Below, one piece after another: positions 62,311 through 64,000 of a stretch of DNA of 64,000 nucleotides. How positions within the stretch are numbered: the stretch's first letter is position 1; every line of letters begins with the position of its first letter. The notes beneath the pieces are model-generated. The model was given only the letters and a program-made list of their open reading frames with translations. It searched no databases and was not told the DNA's origin. Origin of the DNA: Chlorokybus atmophyticus. Lineage: Eukaryota; Plantae; Mesostigma and Chlorokybus algae. Made by a program: the position numbers and the translations under genes. The stretch spans positions 1 through 64,000 of the forward strand of contig RHPI01002503.1 in assembly GCA_009103225.1 (NCBI GenBank). The letters are read 5' to 3'.

Positions 62311-64000
62311 ATGGCTTCTATGGATCCGACTGCTGCCGCCGCGGACGGCTCTGTGCTGGCCGCAGCAGTGGACGTGACGCCCCCGACCTCCGCCGCAGCG
62401 GAACCCAGAGGTGACGGCGACGCCGACGCCGACGACACCTTCAGCGATCCGCACAGCGATGATGAAACTGACCTCGTCACTGCGGCGGCAGCTGCTGCAT
62501 TGAAGGAGGCCGAAGCTGCTGCAACTTGCACTGCTCCAGACAGTCGAGGTTGAAAGAAAATTGATGGCCGTATGGTTGGAATCCAATTCCTACTTGTGGC
62601 ACAATGTCTGAATCAATCAACAGCCACTTGCTCACCAGGATGGTTATGTTTTGTGTGTAATGTCTCACATGTCATACATTACACAAGCCAGCTTGGTCGG
62701 TTGGTCGTATAGCATGTCAACTATGTCAGGTATGATGTGTCCGTAGTTGAGTACCAGACACTGCTGACCGTCCAGAAGCGCGTGCTGTGTAGAACTGCGC
62801 CTGGTGTCGTGGCGTTGCTGCTACACATGCGCACGTTCCTTGTAGCCTGCATGTGCGCCTAGGATGTGCTGTTGGCTGACTGTCTGCAGCGGCAATGTAG
62901 TGCTATTTTCCTTCTGTCACTTATACGTGCACTGAACACATCACCTGGACGAAGCATGCCAACTTCCCGGCCCTGGTGACGTGTTCAACACAGTGACGTG
63001 AGGTGCAGTTTGCAGCGACATGTTAACCCGACAACTTATGCCTTGGGCCAGTTCCCAAGATTGTAGGACTTGTGTGTAGTGCTGAGCATTTGCCAAGGGG
63101 TGTTGCAGCTGCTTTGTGGAGTGTTAACCTACGTTTCTCATGTGGCTGATTTTGGCAATTATTGTTGTTGCAATCAGATTCTGGTGCGCGAGGCAGTTTT
63201 GACACACCGGCATTGCGGCATGACGCACTGGAGTACAAGATCGCTGAACTGGAGAAGTTGGCCGCAGCTAGCCAAGAGAAGCATGATGAAGAGCTCGCTG
63301 GACTAGGTAACCTCGAGCTTCTACCATTGGTGGCGGTGTCACTGTGCCAGCAGTGCTGACTGATGGCGACATGTGACAGCCAAGATGCGCAAGCGTCAGG
63401 CGAAGGAGTTGAAGCAGCTGATGGACGACAACACTAGCTCCACGGAAGACAAGCTGAAAATGCTACATTCTCGATTTTTGCAGCAGGTACCTGCCAGCAC
63501 GCCTTCTTGGAGTGTTTGTAAATCTTAATAGCAACATCAACAATGCCAGCATCGTAACAATACAGGGTCAGAACAATGGTCAGTAGCACAATTAGCCAGT
63601 TTTGGAGTTTATGTATATGGGTGCGTTACGCCCATGTGGTAGTTGCAAGCTTTGCGTTCAAGTCTTTGCCAACAGGCCACGGAGATTAGCAAGTTAGAGA
63701 AGGAATTGTTGGCACTCCGGCGGAAGTGCGAGCTGATCAACAAGGAGAAAGACACCAGTACGTTCGCACCCTGTGTTGTACTTTGGAAGCATGCATACGA
63801 TGTGAACACATGCCTGATCCTTTCCTGCACAGTTTATGCCGAGTGCACGAAGACTGCGGCGGTGAAGACCAAGTTGGAGTCCTTGTGTCGAGAGCTGCAA
63901 AGGCAGAACAAGATCATTTCTGTCAGTGTCACTCCTGTTTATCAGATATCTGCTCGGCTGTGGTGCCATTGTCTGTTGCTGTCAGAGACTTAGTGATGAC
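62311..64000 (+). CDS. Taxilin-family coiled-coil protein (3'-partial)
   Basis: Low-complexity N-terminus; coiled-coil exons including the taxilin signature KTKLESLCRELQRQNK. Confidence 0.85.

Overview
Eukaryotic, intron-rich nuclear DNA (GT-AG introns mostly 70-400 bp, two N gaps). Inference: an early-diverging, flagellate streptophyte green alga, based on nuclear petC, an OEP37-like plastid outer-envelope channel, plant TTTAGGG telo-boxes and a ciliary MIP-like gene. From about 12 kb onward it is mostly ordinary single-copy genes: ABC1 kinase, ciliary MIP-like protein, LON-N-domain protein, HI0933-family flavoprotein, OEP37, TM9SF, MRS2, SWC5/CFDP1, MAD2, petC, histidinol dehydrogenase and taxilin. 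Small mobile relics lie between them: a complete 507-bp TRIM with a 5-bp TSD, a decayed Penelope-like RT, an RLE-LINE tail and a 156-bp 18S rDNA fragment. Two loci stand out. (1) At 1-8.8 kb, an apparently intact, spliced Plavaka-family DNA transposase lies tail-to-tail with a spliced gene fusing a Zn-finger, a Tudor domain and a compact phage-type C5 cytosine methyltransferase. Both genes are preceded by clusters of the same GTACCAT palindrome, which suggests a methylase-carrying DNA transposon. (2) At 28.1-29.6 kb, a secreted Hedgehog-type Hog (Hint plus sterol-recognition) autoprocessing protein whose N-terminal product would be a small 8-Cys peptide. All family assignments come from motif recognition by eye; no database search was run.
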